A stretch of DNA of 64,000 bases from positions 6,386,001-6,450,000 of the forward strand of contig JBPQGU010000016.1 in the NCBI GenBank assembly GCA_051362555.1. The letters are read 5' to 3'. This document shows positions 24,301 through 39,300 of the stretch, one piece after another (positions within the stretch are counted from its first letter, which is position 1; each line of letters starts with the position of its first letter). Below the pieces are notes generated by a model, which saw only the letters and a program-made list of their open reading frames with translations, was not told where the DNA came from and ran no database searches. Both the position numbers and the translations under genes were made by a program. The stretch comes from Lingula anatina (Eukaryota > Animalia > Brachiopoda).

Positions 24301-27300
24301 GTTCGGTCATTTGTAGTAAGAATAAAGTGCTGGAAGAGTGGTGGTGTCAACATTAAGGAAGAAATAGAGCAAAAACTCTCTCTCCCCCCCCCCTCTCAGA
24401 TTCTGTTCTCAGAGCTTATTTTTGGATCATCTTTAAAGCTAGAATTGGGGGCCTTGATAAAGTGACCCGGGTGCGTTTCCACATTTTTTATGAATGACAG
24501 GTGTGGTAGATTGATTTTCGTCACTTTTTGGAAAAATCGGAGACGGGTCGATTTTTGGTGATTTTGAGTGATTTTGAACAGTGCCGGCACTGTGAGATTT
24601 CTTCAATTTTGCCCAGGTAGGGATGAAAATTTTCTTTCTTCATTATAGTGTCAGGTAGGTGTGTTCGGTCATTTGTAGTAAGAATAAAGTGCTGGAAGAG
24701 TGGTGGTGTCAACATTAAGGAAGAAATAGAGCAAAAACTCTCTTTCCCCCTCCCCTCTCAGATTCTGTTCTCAGAGCTTATTTTTGGATCATCTTTAAAG
24801 CTAGAATTGGGGGCCTTGATGAAGTGACCTGGGCGCGTTTCCACATTTTTATGAATGACAGGTGTGGTAGATTGATTTTCGTCACTTTTTGGAAAAATCG
24901 GAGACGGGTCGATTTTTGGTGATTTTGAGTGATTTTGAACAGTGCCGGCACTGTGAGATTTCTTCAATTTTGGCCAGGTAGGGATGAAAATTTTTTTTCT
25001 TCATTATAGTGTCAGGTAGATGTGTTCGGTCATTTGTAGTAAGAATAAAGTGCTGAAAGAGTGGTGGTGTCAACATTAAGGAAGAAATAGAGCAAAAACT
25101 CTCTCTCCCCCCCCCCCCCTCTCAGATTCTGTTCTCAGAACTTATTTTTGGATCATCTTTAAAGCTAGAATTGGGGGCCTTGATGAAGTGACCCGGGAGC
25201 GTATCCACATTTTTTATGAATGACAGGTGTGGTAGATTGATTTTCGTCACTTTTTGGAAAAATCGGAGACGGGTCGATTTTTGGTGATTTTGAGTGATTT
25301 TGAACAGTGCCGGCACTGTGAGATTTCTTCAATTTTGCCCAGGTAGGGATGAAAATTTTTTTTCTTCATTATAGTGTCAGGTAGGTGTGTTCGGTCATTT
25401 GTAGTAAGAATAAAGTGCTGGAAGAGTGGTGGTGTCAACATTAAGGAAAAAATAGAGCAAAAACTCTCTTTCCCCCTCCCCTCTCAGATTCTGTTCTCAG
25501 AGCTTATTTTTGGATCATCTTTAAAGCTAGAATTGGGGGCCTTGATGAAGTGACCTGGGCGCGTTTCCACATTTTTATGAATGACAGGTGTGGTAGATTG
25601 ATTTTCGTCACTTTTTGGAAAAATCGGAGACGGGTCGATTTTTGGTGATTTTGAGTGATTTTGAACAGTGCCGGCACTGTGAGATTTCTTCAATTTTGGC
25701 CAGGTAGGGATGAAAATTTTTTTTCTTCATTATAGTGTCAGGTAGGTGTGTTCGGTCATTTGTAGTAAGAATAAAGTGCTGGAAGAGTGGTGGTGTCAAC
25801 ATTAAGTAAGAAATAGAGCAAAAACTCTCTCTCCCCCCCCCTCTCAGATTCTGTTCTCAGAGCTTATTTTTGGATCATCTTTAAAGCTAGAATTGGGGGC
25901 CTTGATGAAGTGACCCGGGCGCGTTGCCACATTTTTTATGAATGACAGGTGTGGTAAATTGATTTTCGTCACTTTTTTGAAAAATCGGAGACGGGTCGAT
26001 TTTTGGTGATTTTGAGTGATTTTGAACAGTGCCGGCACTGTGAGATTTCTTCAATTTTGGCCAGGTAGGGATGAAAATTTTTTTTCTTCATTATAGTGTC
26101 AGGTAGGTGTGTTTGGTCATTTGTAGTAAGAATAAAGTGCTGGAAGAGTGGTGGTGTCAACATTAAGGAAGAAATAGAGCAAAATCTCTCTCTCCCCCTC
26201 CCCTCTCAGATTCTGTTCTCAGAGCTTATTTTTGGATCATCTTTAAAGCTAGAATTGGGGGCCTTGATGAAGTGACCCGGGCGCGTTTCCACATTTTTTA
26301 TGAATGACAGGTGTGGTAGATTGATTTTCGTCACTTTTTGGAAAAATCGAAGACGGGTCGATTTATGGTGATTTTGAGTGATTTTGAACAGTGCCGGCAC
26401 TGTGAGATTTCTTCAATTTTGGCCAGGTAGGGATGAAAATTTTTTTTCTTCATTATAGTGTCAGGTAGGTGTGTTCGGTCATTTGTAGTAAGAATAAAGT
26501 GCTGGAAGAGTGGTGGTGTCAACATCAAGGAAGAAATGGAGCAAAAACTCTCTCTCCCCCACCCTCTCAGATTCTGTTCTCAGAGCTTATTTTTGGATCA
26601 TCTTTAAAGCTAGAATTGGGGGCCTTGATGAAGTGACCCGGGCGCGTTTCCACATTTTTTATGAATGACAGGTGTGGTAGATTGATTTTCGTCACTTTTT
26701 GGAAAAATCGGAGACGGGTCGATTTTTGGTGATTTTGAACATTGCCGGCACTGTGAGATTTCTTCAATTTTGGCCAGGTAGGGATGAAAATTTTTTTTCT
26801 TCATTATAGTGTCAGGTAGGTGTGTTCGGTCATTTGTAGTAAGAATAAAGTGCTGGAAGAGTGGTGGTGTCAACATTAAGGAAGAAATAGAGCAAAAACT
26901 CTCTCTCCCCCCCCCCCCTCAGATTCTGTTCTCAGAGCTTATTTTTGGATCATCTTTAAAGCTAGAATTGGGGGCCTTGATGAAGTGACCCGGGCGCGTT
27001 TCCACATTTTTTATGAATGACAGGTGTGGTAGATTGATTTTCGTCACTTTTTGGAAAAATCGGAGACGGGTCGATTTTAGGTGATTTTGAGTGATTTTGA
27101 ACAGTGCCGGCACTGTGAGATTTCTTCAGTTTTGGCCAGGTAGGGATGAAAATTTTTTTTCTTCATTATAGTGTCAGGTAGGTGTGTTCGGTCATTTGTA
27201 GTAAGAATAAAGTGCTGGAAGAGTGGTGGTGTCAACATTAAGGAAGAAATGGAGCAAAAACTCTCTCTCCCCCACCCTCTCAGATTCTGTTCTCAGAGCT

Positions 27301-30300
27301 TATTTTTGGATCATCTTTAAAGCTAGAATTGGGGGCCTTGATGAAGTGACCCGGGCGCGTTTCCACATTTTTTATGAATGACAGGTGTGGTAGATTGATT
27401 TTCGTCACTTTTTGGAAAAATCGGAGACGGGTCGATTTTTGGTGATTTTGAACATTGCCGGCACTGTGAGATTTCTTCAATTTTGGCCAGGTAGGGATGA
27501 AATTTTTTTTTCTTCATTATAGTGTCAGGTAGGTGTGTTCGGTCATTTGTAGTAAGAATAAAGTGCTGGAAGAGTGGTGGTGTCAACATTAAGGATGAAA
27601 TGGAGCAAAAACTCTCTCTTCCCCCCCCTCTCAGATTCTGTTCTCAGAGCTTATTTTTGGATCATCTTTAAAGCTAGAATTGGGGGCCTTGATGAAGTGA
27701 CCCGGGCGCGTTTCCACATTTTTTATGAATGATAGGTGTGGTAGATTGATTTTCGTCACTTTTTGGAAAAATCGGAGACGGGTCGATTTTTGGTGATTTT
27801 GAGTGATTTTGAACAGTGCCGGCACTGTGAGATTTCTTCAATTTTGGCCAGGTAGGGATGAAAATTTTTTTTCTTCATTATAGTGTCAGGTAGGTGTGTT
27901 CGGTCATTTGTAGTAAGAATAAAGTGCTGGAAGAGTGGTGGTGTCAACATTAAGGAAGAAATAGAGCAAAAACTCTCTCTCCCCCCCCCCCCTCAGATTC
28001 TGTTCTCAGAGCTTATTTTTGGATCATCTTTAAAGCTAGAATTGGGGGCCTTGATGAAGTGACCCGGGCGCGTTTCCACATTTTTTATGAATGACAGGTG
28101 TGGTAGATTGATTTTCGTCACTTTTTGGAAAAATCGGAGACGGGTCGATTTTAGGTGATTTTGAGTGATTTTGAACAGTGCCGGCACTGTGAGATTTCTT
28201 CAGTTTTGGCCAGGTAGGGATGAAAATTTTTTTTCTTCATTATAGTGTCAAGTAGGTGTGTTCGGTCATTTGTAGTAAAAATAAAGTGCTGGAAGAGTGG
28301 TGGTGTCAACATTAAGGAAGAAATGGAGCAAAAACTCTCTCCCCCCCCCCCCCCCCTCTCAGATTCTGTTCTCAGAGCTTATTTTTGGATCATCTTTAAA
28401 GCTAGAATTGGGGGCCTTGATGAAGTGACCCGGGCACGTTTCCACATTTTTTATGAATGACAGGTGTGGTAGATTAATTTTCGTCACTTTTTGGAAAAAT
28501 CGGAGACGGGTCGATTTTTGGTGATTTTGAGTGATTTTGAACAGTGCCGGCACTGTGAGATTTCTTCAATTTTGGCCAGGTAGGGATGAAAATTTTTTTT
28601 CTTCATTATAGTGTCAGGTAGGTGTGTTCGGTCATTTGTAGTAAGAATAAAGTGCTGGAAGAGTGGTGGTGTCAAAATTAAGGAAGAAATAGAGCAAAAA
28701 CTCTCTCTCCCCCCCCCTCTCAAATTCTGTTCTCAGAGCTTTTTTTTGGATCATCTTTAAAGCTAGAATTGGGGGCCTTGATGAAGTGACCCGGGCGCGT
28801 TTCCACATTTTTTATGAATGACAGGTGTGGTAGATTGATTTTCGTCACTTTTTGGAAAAATCGGAGACGGGTCGATTTTTGGTGATTTTGAACAGTGCCG
28901 GCACTGTGAGATTTCTTCAATTTTGGCCAGGTAGGGATGAAATTTTTTTTTCTTCATTATAGTGTCAGGTAGGTGTGTTCGGTCATTTGTAGTAAGAATA
29001 AAGTGCTGGAAGAGTGGTGGTGTCAACATTAAGGAAGAAATGGAGCAAAAACTCTCTCTTCCCCCCCCCTCTCAGATTCTGTTCTCAGAGCTTATTTTTG
29101 GATCATCTTTAAAGCTAGAATTGGGGGCCTTGATGAAGTGACCCGGGCGCGTTTCCACATTTTTTATGAATGACAGGTGTGGTAGATTGATTTTCGTCAC
29201 TTTTTGGAAAAATCGGAGACGGGTCGATTTTTGGTGATTTTGAGTGATTTTGAACAGTGCCGGCACTGTGAGATTTCTTCAATTTTGGCCAGGTAGGGAT
29301 GAAAATTTTTTTTCTTCATTATAGTGTCAGGTAGGTGTGTTCGGTCATTTGTAGTAAGAATAAAGTGCTGGAAGAGTGGTGGTGTCAACATTAAGGAAGA
29401 AATAGAGCAAAAACTCTCTCTCCCCCCCCCCCTCAGATTCTGTTCTCAGAGCTTATTTTTGGATCATCTTTAAAGCTAGAATTGGGGGCCTTGATGAAGT
29501 GACCCGGGCACGTTTCCACATTTTTTATGAATGACAGGTGTGGTAGATTGATTTTCGTCACTTTTTGGAAAAATCGGAGACGGGTCGATTTTTGGTGATT
29601 TTGAGTGATTTTGAACAGTGCCGGCACTGTGAGATTTCTTCAATTTTGGCCAGGTAGGGATGAAAATTTTTTTTCTTCATTATAGTGTCAAGTAGGTGTG
29701 TTCGGTCATTTGTAGTAAGAATAAAGTGCTGGAAGAGTGGTGGTGTCAACATTAAGGAAGAAATGGAGCAAAAACTCTCTCTCCCCCCCCCCCCTCTCAG
29801 ATTCTGTTCTCAGAGCTTATTTTTGGATCATCTTTAAAGCTAGAATTGGGGGCCTTGATGAAGTGACCCGGGCACGTTTCCACATTTTTTATGAATGACA
29901 GGTGTGGTAGATTAATTTTCGTCACTTTTTGGAAAAATCGGAGACGGGTCGATTTTTGGTGATTTTGAGTGATTTTGAACAGTGCCGGCACTGTGAGATT
30001 TCTTCAATTTTGGCCAGGTAGGGATGAAAATTTTTTTTCTTCATTATAGTGTCAGGTAGGTGTGTTCGGTCATTTGTAGTAAGAATAAAGTGCTGGAAGA
30101 GTGGTGGTGTCAAAATTAAGGAAGAAATAGAGCAAAAACTCTCTCTCCCCCCCCCCTCTCAGATTCTGTTCTCAGAGCTTATTTTTGGATCATCTTTAAA
30201 GCTAGAATTAGGGGCCTTGATGAAGTGACCCGGGCGCGTTTCCACATTTTTTATGAATGACAGGTGTGGTAGATTGATTTTCGTCACTTTTTGGAAAAAT

Positions 30301-33300
30301 CGGAGACGGGTCGATTTTTGGTGATTTTGAGTGATTTTGAACGCACTGTGAGATTTCTTCAATTTTGGCCAGGTAGGGATGAAAATTTTTTTTCTTCATT
30401 ATAGTGTCAGGTAGGTGTGTTCGGTCATTTGTAGTAAGAATAAAGTGCTGGAAGAGTGGTGGTGTCAACATTAAGGAAGAAATAGAGCAAAAACTCTCTC
30501 TCCCCCTCCCCTCTCAGATTCTGTTCTCAGAGCTTATTTTTGGATCATCTTTAAAGCTAGAATTGGGGGCCTTGATGAAGTGACCCGGGCGCGTTTCCAC
30601 ATTTTTTATGAATGACAGGTGTGGTAGATTGATTTTCGTCACTTTTTGGAAAAATCGGAGACGGGTCGATTTATGATGATTTTGAGTGATTTTGAACAGT
30701 GCCGGCACTGTGAGATTTCTTCAATTTTGGCCAGGTAGGGATGAAAATTTTTTTTCTTCATTATAGTGTCAGGTAGGTGTGTTCGGTCATTTGTAGTAAG
30801 AATAAAGTGCTGGAAGAGTGGTGGTGTCAACATTAAGGAAGAAATAGAGCAAAAACTCTCTCTCCCCCCCCCCCCTCAGATTCTGTTCTCAGAGCTTATT
30901 TTTGGATCATCTTTAAAGCTAGAATTGGGGGCCTTGATGAAGTGACCCGGGCGCGTTTCCACATTTTTTATGAATGACAGGTGTGGTAGATTGATTTTCG
31001 TCACTTTTTGGAAAAATCGGAGACGGGTCGATTTTTGGTGATTTTGAGTGATTTTGAACAGTGCCGGCACTGTGAGATTTCTTCAATTTTGGCCAGGTAG
31101 GGATGAAAATTTTTTTTCTTCATTATAGTGTCAAGTAGGTGTGTTCGGTCATTTGTAGTAAGAATAAAGTGCTGGAAGAGTGGTGGTGTCAACATTAAGG
31201 AAGAAATGTAGCAAAAACTCTCTCTCCCCCCCCCTCTCAGATTCTGTTCTCAGAGCTTATTTTTGGATCATCTTTAAAGCTAGAATTGGGGGCCTTGATG
31301 AAGTGACCCGGGCACTTTTCCACATTTTTTATGAATGACAGGTGTGGTAGATTGATTTTCGTCACTTTTTGGAAAAATCGGAGACGGGTCGATTTTTGGT
31401 GATTTTGAGTGATTTTGAACAGTGCCGGCACTGTGAGATTTCTTCAATTTTGGCCAGGTAGGGATGAAAATTTTTTTCTTCATTATAGTGTCAGGTAGGT
31501 GTGTTCGGTCATTTGTAGTAAGAATAAAGTGCTGGAAGAGTGGTGGTGTCAACATTAAGGAAGAAATAGAGCAAAAACTCTCTCTCCCTCCCCCCTCTCA
31601 GATTCTGTTCTCAGAGCTTATTTTTGGATCATCTTTAAAGCTAGAATTGGGGGCCTTGATGAAGTGACCCGGGCGCGTTTCCACATTTTTTATGAATGAC
31701 AGGTGTGGTAGATTGATTTTCGTCACTTTTTGGAAAAATCGGAGACGGGTCGATTTTTGGTGATTTTGAGTGATTTTGAACAGTGCCGGCACTGTGAGAT
31801 TTCTTCAATTTTGACCAGGTAGGGATGAAAATTTTTTTTCTTCATTATAGTGTCAGGTAGGTGTGTTCGGTCATTTGTAGTAAGAATAAAGTGCTGGAAG
31901 AGTGGTGGTGTCAACATTAAGGAAGAAATAGAGCAAAAACTCTCTCTCCCCCCCCCCTCTCAGATTCTGTTCTCAGAGCTTATTTTTGGATCATCTTTAA
32001 AGCTAGAATTAGGGGCCTTGATGAAGTGACCCGGGCGCGTTTCCACATTTTTTATGAATGACAGGTGTGGTAGATTGATTTTCGTCACTTTTTGGAAAAA
32101 TCGGAGACGGGTCGATTTTTGGTGATTTTGAGTGATTTTGAACAGTGCCGGCACTGTGAGATTTCTTCAATTTTGACCAGGTAGGGATGAAAATTTTTTT
32201 TCTTCATTATAGTGTCAGGTAGGTGTGTTCGGTCATTTGTAGTAAGAATAAAGTGCTGGAAGAGTGGTGGTGTCAACATTAAGGAAGAAATAGAGCAAAA
32301 ACTCTCTCTCCCCCCCCCCTCTCAGATTCTGTTCTCAGAGCTTATTTTTGGATCATCTTTAAAGCTAGAATTAGGGGCCTTGATGAAGTGACCCGGGCGC
32401 GTTTCCACATTTTTTATGAATGACAGGTGTGGTAGATTGATTTTCGTCACTTTTTGGAAAAATCGGAGACGGGTCGATTTTTGGTGATTTTGAGTGATTT
32501 TGAACGCACTGTGAGATTTCTTCAATTTTGGCCAGGTAGGGATGAAAATTTTTTTTCTTCATTATAGTATCAGGTAGGTGTGTTCGGTCATTTGTAGTAA
32601 GAATAAAGTGCTGGAAGAGTGGTGGTGTCAACATTAAGGAAGAAATAGAGCAAAAACTCTCTCTCCCCCCCCCCCTCTCTCAGATTCTGTTCTCAGAGCT
32701 TATTTTTGGATCATCTTTAAAGCTAGAATTGGGGGCCTTGATGAAGTGACCCGGGCGCGTTTCCACATTTTTTATGAATGACAGGTGTGGTAGATTGATT
32801 TTCGTCACTTTTTGGAAAAATCGGAGACGGGTCGATTTTTGGTGATTTTGAGTGATTTTGAACAGTGCCGGCACTGTGAGATTTCTTCAATTTTGGCCAG
32901 GTAGGGATGAAAATTTTTTTTCTTCATTATAGTGTCAGGTAGGTGTGTTCGGTCATTTGTAGTAAGAATAAAGTGCTGGAAGAGTGGTGGTGTCAACATT
33001 AAGGAAGAAATAGAGCAAAAACTCTCTCTCCCCCCCCCCCTCTCTCAGATTCTGTTCTCAGAGCTTATTTTTGGATCATCTTTAAAGCTAGAATTGGGGG
33101 CCTTGATGAAGTGACCCGGGCGCGTTTCCACATTTTTTATGAATGACAGGTGTGGTAGATTGATTTTCGTCACTTTTTGGAAAAATCGGAGACGGGTCGA
33201 TTTTTGGTGATTTTGAGTGATTTTGAACAGTGCCGGCACTGTGAGATTTCTTCAATTTTGGCCAGGTAGGGATGAAAATTTTTTTTCTTCATTATAGTGT

Positions 33301-36300
33301 CAGGTAGGTGTGTTCGGTCATTTGTAGTAAGAATAAAGTGCTGGAAGAGTGGTGGTGTCAACATTAAGGAAGAAATAGAGCAAAAACTCTCTCTCCCCCC
33401 CCCCCCCCCCTCTCAGATTCTGTTCTCAGAGCTTATTTTTGGATCATCTTTAAAGCTAGAATTGGGGGCCTTGATGAAGTGACCCAGGCGCGTTTCCACA
33501 TTTTTTATGAATGACAGGGGTGGTAGATTGATTTTCCTCACTTTTTGGAAAAATCGGAGACGGGTCGATTTTTGGTGATTTTGAACAGTGCAGGCACTGT
33601 GAGATTTCTTCAATTTTGGCCAGGTAGGGATGAAAATTTTTTTTCTTCATTATAGTGTCAGGTAGGTGTGTTCTGTCATTTGTAGTAAGAATAAAGTGCT
33701 GGAAGAGTGGTGGTGTCAAAATTAAGGAAGAAATAGAGCAAAAACTCTCTCTCCCCCCCCCCCCCTCTCAGATTCTCTTCTCAGAGCTTATTTTTGGATC
33801 ATCTTTAAAGCTAGAATTGGGGGCCTTGATGAAGTGACCCGGGCGCGTTTCCACATTTTTTATGAATGACAGGTGTGGTAGATTGATTTTCGTCACTTTT
33901 TGGAAAAATCGGAGACGGGTCGATTTTTGGTGATTTTGAACAGTGCCGGCACTGTGAGATTTCTTCAATTTTGGCCAGGTAGGGATGAAAATTTTTTTTC
34001 TTCATTATAGTGTCAGGTAGGTGTGTTCTGTCATTTGTAGTAAGAATAAAGTGCTGGAAGAGTGGTGGTGTCAAAATTAACGAAGAAATAGAGCAAAAAC
34101 TCTCTCTCCCCCCCCCCCTCTTAGATTCTCTTCTCAGAGCTTATTTTTGGATCATCTTTAAAGCTAGAATTGGGGGCCTTGATGAAGTGACCCGGGCGCG
34201 TTTCCACATTTTTTATGAATGACAGGTGTGGTAGATTGATTTTCGTCACTTTTTGGAAAAATCGGAGACGGGTCGATTTTTGGTGATTTTGAGTGATTTT
34301 GAACAGTGCCGGCACTGTGAGATTTCTTCAATTTTGGCCAGGTAGGGATGAAAATTTTTTTTCTTCATTATAGTGTCAGGTAGGTGTGTTTGGTCATTTG
34401 TAGTAAGAATAAAGTGCTGGAAGAGTGGTGGTGTCAACATTAAGGAAGAAATAGAGCAAAAACTCTCTCTCTCCCCCCCCCCTCTCAGATTCTGTTCTCA
34501 GAGCTTATTTTTGGATCATCTTTAAAGCTAGAATTGGGGGCCTTGATGAAGTGACCCGGGCGCGTTTCCACATTTTTTATGAATGACAGGTGTGGCAGAT
34601 TGATTTTCGTCACTTTTTGGAAAAATTGGAGACGGGTCGATTTTTGGTGATTTTGAGTGATTTTGAACAGTGCTGGCACTGTGAGATTTCTTCAATTTTG
34701 GCCAGGTAGGGATGAAATTTTTTTTTCTTCATTATAGTGTCAGGTAGGTGTGTTCGGTCATTTGTAGTAAGAATAAAGTGCTGGAAGAGTGGTGGTGTCA
34801 ACATTAAGGAAGAAATAGAGCAAAAACTCTCTCTCCCCCCCCCCCCCCCCCCTCTCAGATTCTGTTCTCAGAGCTTATTTTTGGATCATCTTTAAAGCTA
34901 GAATTGGGGGCTTTGATGAAGTGACCCAGGCACGTTTCCACATTTTTTATGAATGACAGGTGTGGTAGATTGATTTTCCTCACTTTTTGGAAAAATCGGA
35001 GACGGGTCGATTTTTGGTGATTTTGAACAGTGCAGGCACTGTGAGATTTCTTCAATTTTGGCCAGGTAGGGATGAAAATTTTTTTTCTTCATTATAGTGT
35101 CAGGTAGGTGTGTTCTGTCATTTGTAGTAAGAATAAAGTGCTGGAAGAGTGGTGGTGTCAAAATTAAGGAAGAAATAGAGCAAAAACTCTCTCTCCCCCC
35201 CCCCCCCTCTCAGATTCTCTTCTCAGAGCTTATTTTTGGATCATCTTTAAAGCTAGAATTGGGGGCCTTGATGAAGTGACCCGGGCGCGTTTCCACATTT
35301 TTTATGAATGACAGGTGTGGTAGATTGATTTTCGTCACTTTTTGGAAAAATCGGAGACGGGTCGATTTTTGGTGATTTTGAACAGTGCCGGCACTGTGAG
35401 ATTTCTTCAATTTTGGCCAGGTAGGGATGAAAATTTTTTTTCTTCATTATAGTGTCAGGTAGGTGTGTTCTGTCATTTGTAGTAAGAATAAAGTGCTGGA
35501 AGAGTGGTGGTGTCAAAATTAAGGAAGAAATAGAGCAAAAACTCTCTCTCCCCCCCCCCTCTTAGATTCTCTTCTCAGAGCTTATTTTTGGATCATCTTT
35601 AAAGCTAGAATTGGGGGCCTTGATGAAGTGACCCGGGCACGTTTCCACATTTTTTATGAATGACAGGTGTGGTAGATTGATTTTCGTCACTTTTTGGAAA
35701 AATCGGAGACGGGTCGATTTTTGGTGATTTTGAGTGATTTTGAACAGTGCCGGCACTGTGAGATTTCTTCAATTTTGGCCAGGTAGGGATGAAAATTTTT
35801 TTTCTTCATTATAGTGTCAGGTAGGTGTGTTCGGTCATTTGTAGTAAGAATAAAGTGCTGGAAGAGTGGTGGTGTCAACATTAAGGAAGAAATAGAGCAA
35901 AAACTCTCTCTCTCCCCCCCCCCCCTTTTCTCAGATTCTGTTCTCAGAGCTTATTTTTGGATCATCTTTAAAGCTAGAATTGGGGGCCTTGATGAAGTGA
36001 CCCGGGTGCGTTTCCACATTTTTTATGAATGACAGGTGTGGTAGATTGATTTTCGTCACTTTTTGGAAAAATCGGAGACGGGTCATTTTTTGGTGATTTT
36101 GAGTGATTTTGAACAGTGCCGGCACTGTGAGATTTCTTCAATTTTGGCCAGGTAGGGATGAAAATTTTTTTTTCTTCATTATAGTGTCAGGTAGGTGTGT
36201 TCGGTCATTTGTAGTAAGAATAAAGTGCTGGAAGAGTGGTGGTGTCAACATTAAGGAAGAAATAGAGCAAAAACTCTCTCTCCCCCCCCCCCCCCCCCCC

Positions 36301-39300
36301 TCAGATTCTGTTCTCAGAGCTTATTTTTGGATCATCTTTAAAGCTAGAATTGGGGGCCTTGATGAAGTGACCCGGGCGCATTTCCACATTTTTTATGAAT
36401 GACAGGTGTGGTAGATTGATTTTCGTCACTTTTTGGAAAAATCTGAGACGGGTCGATTTTTGGTGATTTTGAGTGATTTTGAACAGTGCCGGCACTGTGA
36501 GATTTCTTCAATTTTGGCCAGGTAGGGATGAAAATTTTTTTTCTTCATTATAGTGTCAGGTAGGTGTGTTCGGTCATTTGTAGTAAGAATAAAGTGCTGG
36601 AAGAGTGGTGGTGTCAACATTAAGGAAGAAATAGAGCAAAAACTCTCTCTCCCCCCCCCCCCTCTCAGATTCTGTTCTCAGAGCTTATTTTTGGATCATC
36701 TTTAAAGCTAGAATTGGGGGCCTTGATGAAGTGACCCGGGCGCGTTTCCACATTTTTTATGAATGACAGGTGTGGTAGATTGATTTTCGTCACTTTTTGG
36801 AAAAATCGGAGACGGGTCAATTTTTGGTGATTTTGAGTGATTTTGAACAGTGCCAGCACTGTGAGATTTCTTCAATTTTGGCCAGGTAGGGATGAAAATT
36901 TTTTTTCTTCATTATAGTGTCAGGTAGGTGTGTTCGGTCATTTGTAGTAAGAATAAAGTGCTGGAAGAGTGGTGGTGTCAACATTAAGGAAGAAATAGAG
37001 CAAAAACTCTCTCTCCCCCCCCCCCCCTCTCAGATTCTGTTCTCAGAGCTTATTTTTGGATCATCTTTAAAGCTAGAATTGGGGGCCTTGATGAAGTGAC
37101 CCGGGCGCGTTTCCACATTTTTTATGAATGACAGGTGTGGTAGATTGATTTTCCTCACTTTTTGGAAAAATCGGAGACGGGTCGATTTTTGGTGATTTTG
37201 AACAGTGCAGGCACTGTGAGATTTCTTCAATTTTGGCCAGGTAGGGATGAAAATTTTTTTTCTTCATTATAGTGTCAGGTAGGTGTGTTCTGTCATTTGT
37301 AGTAAGAATAAAGTGCTGGAAGAGTGGTGGTGTCAAAATTAAGGAAGAAATAGAGCAAAAACTCTCTCTCCCCCCCCCCCCTCTCAGATTCTCTTCTCAG
37401 AGCTTATTTTTGGATCATCTTTAAAGCTAGAATTGGGGGCCTTGATGAAGTGACCCGGGCGCGTTTCCACATTTTTTATGAATGACAGGTGTGGTAGATT
37501 GATTTTCGTCACTTTTTGGAAAAATCGGAGACGGGTCGATTTTTGGTGATTTTGAGTGATTTTGAACAGTGCTGGCACTGTGAGATTTCTTCAATTTTGG
37601 CCAGGTAGGGATGAAAATTTTTTTTCTTCATTATAGTGTCAGGTAGGTGTGTTCTGTCATTTGTAGTAAGAATAAAGTGCTGGAAGAGTGGTGGTGTCAA
37701 AATTAAGGAAGAAATAGAGCAAAAACTCTCTCTCCCCCCCCCCCTCTTAGATTCTCTTCTCAGAGCTTATTTTTGGATCATCTTTAAAGCTAGAATTGGG
37801 GGCCTTGATGAAGTGACCCGGGCGCGTTTCCACATTTTTTATGAATGACAGGTGTGGTAGATTGATTTTCGTCACTTTTTGGAAAAATCGGAGACGGGTC
37901 GATTTTTGGTGATTTTGAGTGATTTTGAACAGTGCCGGCACTGTGAGATTTCTTCAATTTTGGCCAGGTAGGGATGAAAATTTTTTTTCTTCATTATAGT
38001 GTCAGGTAGGTGTGTTTGGTCATTTGTAGTAAGAATAAAGTGCTGGAAGAGTGGTGGTGTCAACATTAAGGAAGAAATAGAGCAAAAACTCTCTCTCTCC
38101 CCCCCCCCCTCTCAGATTCTGTTCTCAGAGCTTATTTTTGGATCATCTTTAAAGCTAGAATTGGGGGCCTTGATGAAGTGACCTGGGCGCGTTTCCACAT
38201 TTTTTATGAATGACAGGTGTGGTAGATTGATTTTCGTCACTTTTTGGAAAAATTGGAGACGGGTCGATTTTTGGTGATTTTGAGTGATTTTGAACAGTGC
38301 TGGCACTGTGAGATTTCTTCAATTTTGGCCAGGTAGGGATGAAATTTTTTTTTCTTCATTATAGTGTCAGGTAGGTGTGTTCGGTCATTTGTAGTAAGAA
38401 TAAAGTGCTGGAAGAGTGGTGGTGTCAACATTAAGGAAGAAATAGAGCAAAAACTCTCTCTCCCCCCCCCCCCCTCTCAGATTCTGTTCTCAGAGCTTAT
38501 TTTTGGATCATCTTTAAAGCTAGAATTGGGGGCCTTGATGAAGTGACCCGGGCGCGTTTCCACATTTTTTATGAATGACAGGTGTGGTAGATTGATTTTC
38601 GTCACTTTTTGGAAAAATCGGAGACGGGTCGATTTTTGGTGATTTTGAGTGATTTTGAACAGTGCCGGCACTGTGAGATTTCTTCAATTTTGGCCAGGTA
38701 GGGATGAAAATTTTTTTTCTTCATTATAGTGTCAGGTAGGTGTGTTTGGTCATTTGTAGTAAGAATAAAGTGCTGGAAGAGTGGTGGTGTCAACATTAAG
38801 GAAGAAATAGAGCAAAAACTCTCTCTCCCCCCCCCCCCCCCCCTCTCAGATTCTGTTCTCAGAGCTTATTTTTGGATCATCTTTAAAGCTAGAATTGGGG
38901 GGCCTTGATGAAGTGACCCGGGCGCGTTTCCACATTTTTTATGAATGACAGGTGTGGTAGATTGATTTTCGTCACTTTTTGGAAAAATCGGAGACGGGTC
39001 GATTTTTGGTGATTTTGAGTGATTTTGAACAGTGCCGGCACTGTGAGATTTCTTCAATTTTGGCCAGGTAGGGATGAAAATTTTTTTTCTTCATTATAGT
39101 GTCAGGTAGGTGTGTTTGGTCATTTGTAGTAAGAATAAAGTGCTGGAAGAGTGGTGGTGTCAACATTAAGGAAGAAATAGAGCAAAAACTCTCTCTCCCC
39201 CCCCCCCCCCCCCTCTCAGATTCTGTTCTCAGAGCTTATTTTTGGATCATCTTTAAAGCTAGAATTGGGGGGCCTTGATGAAGTGACCCGGGCGCGTTTC

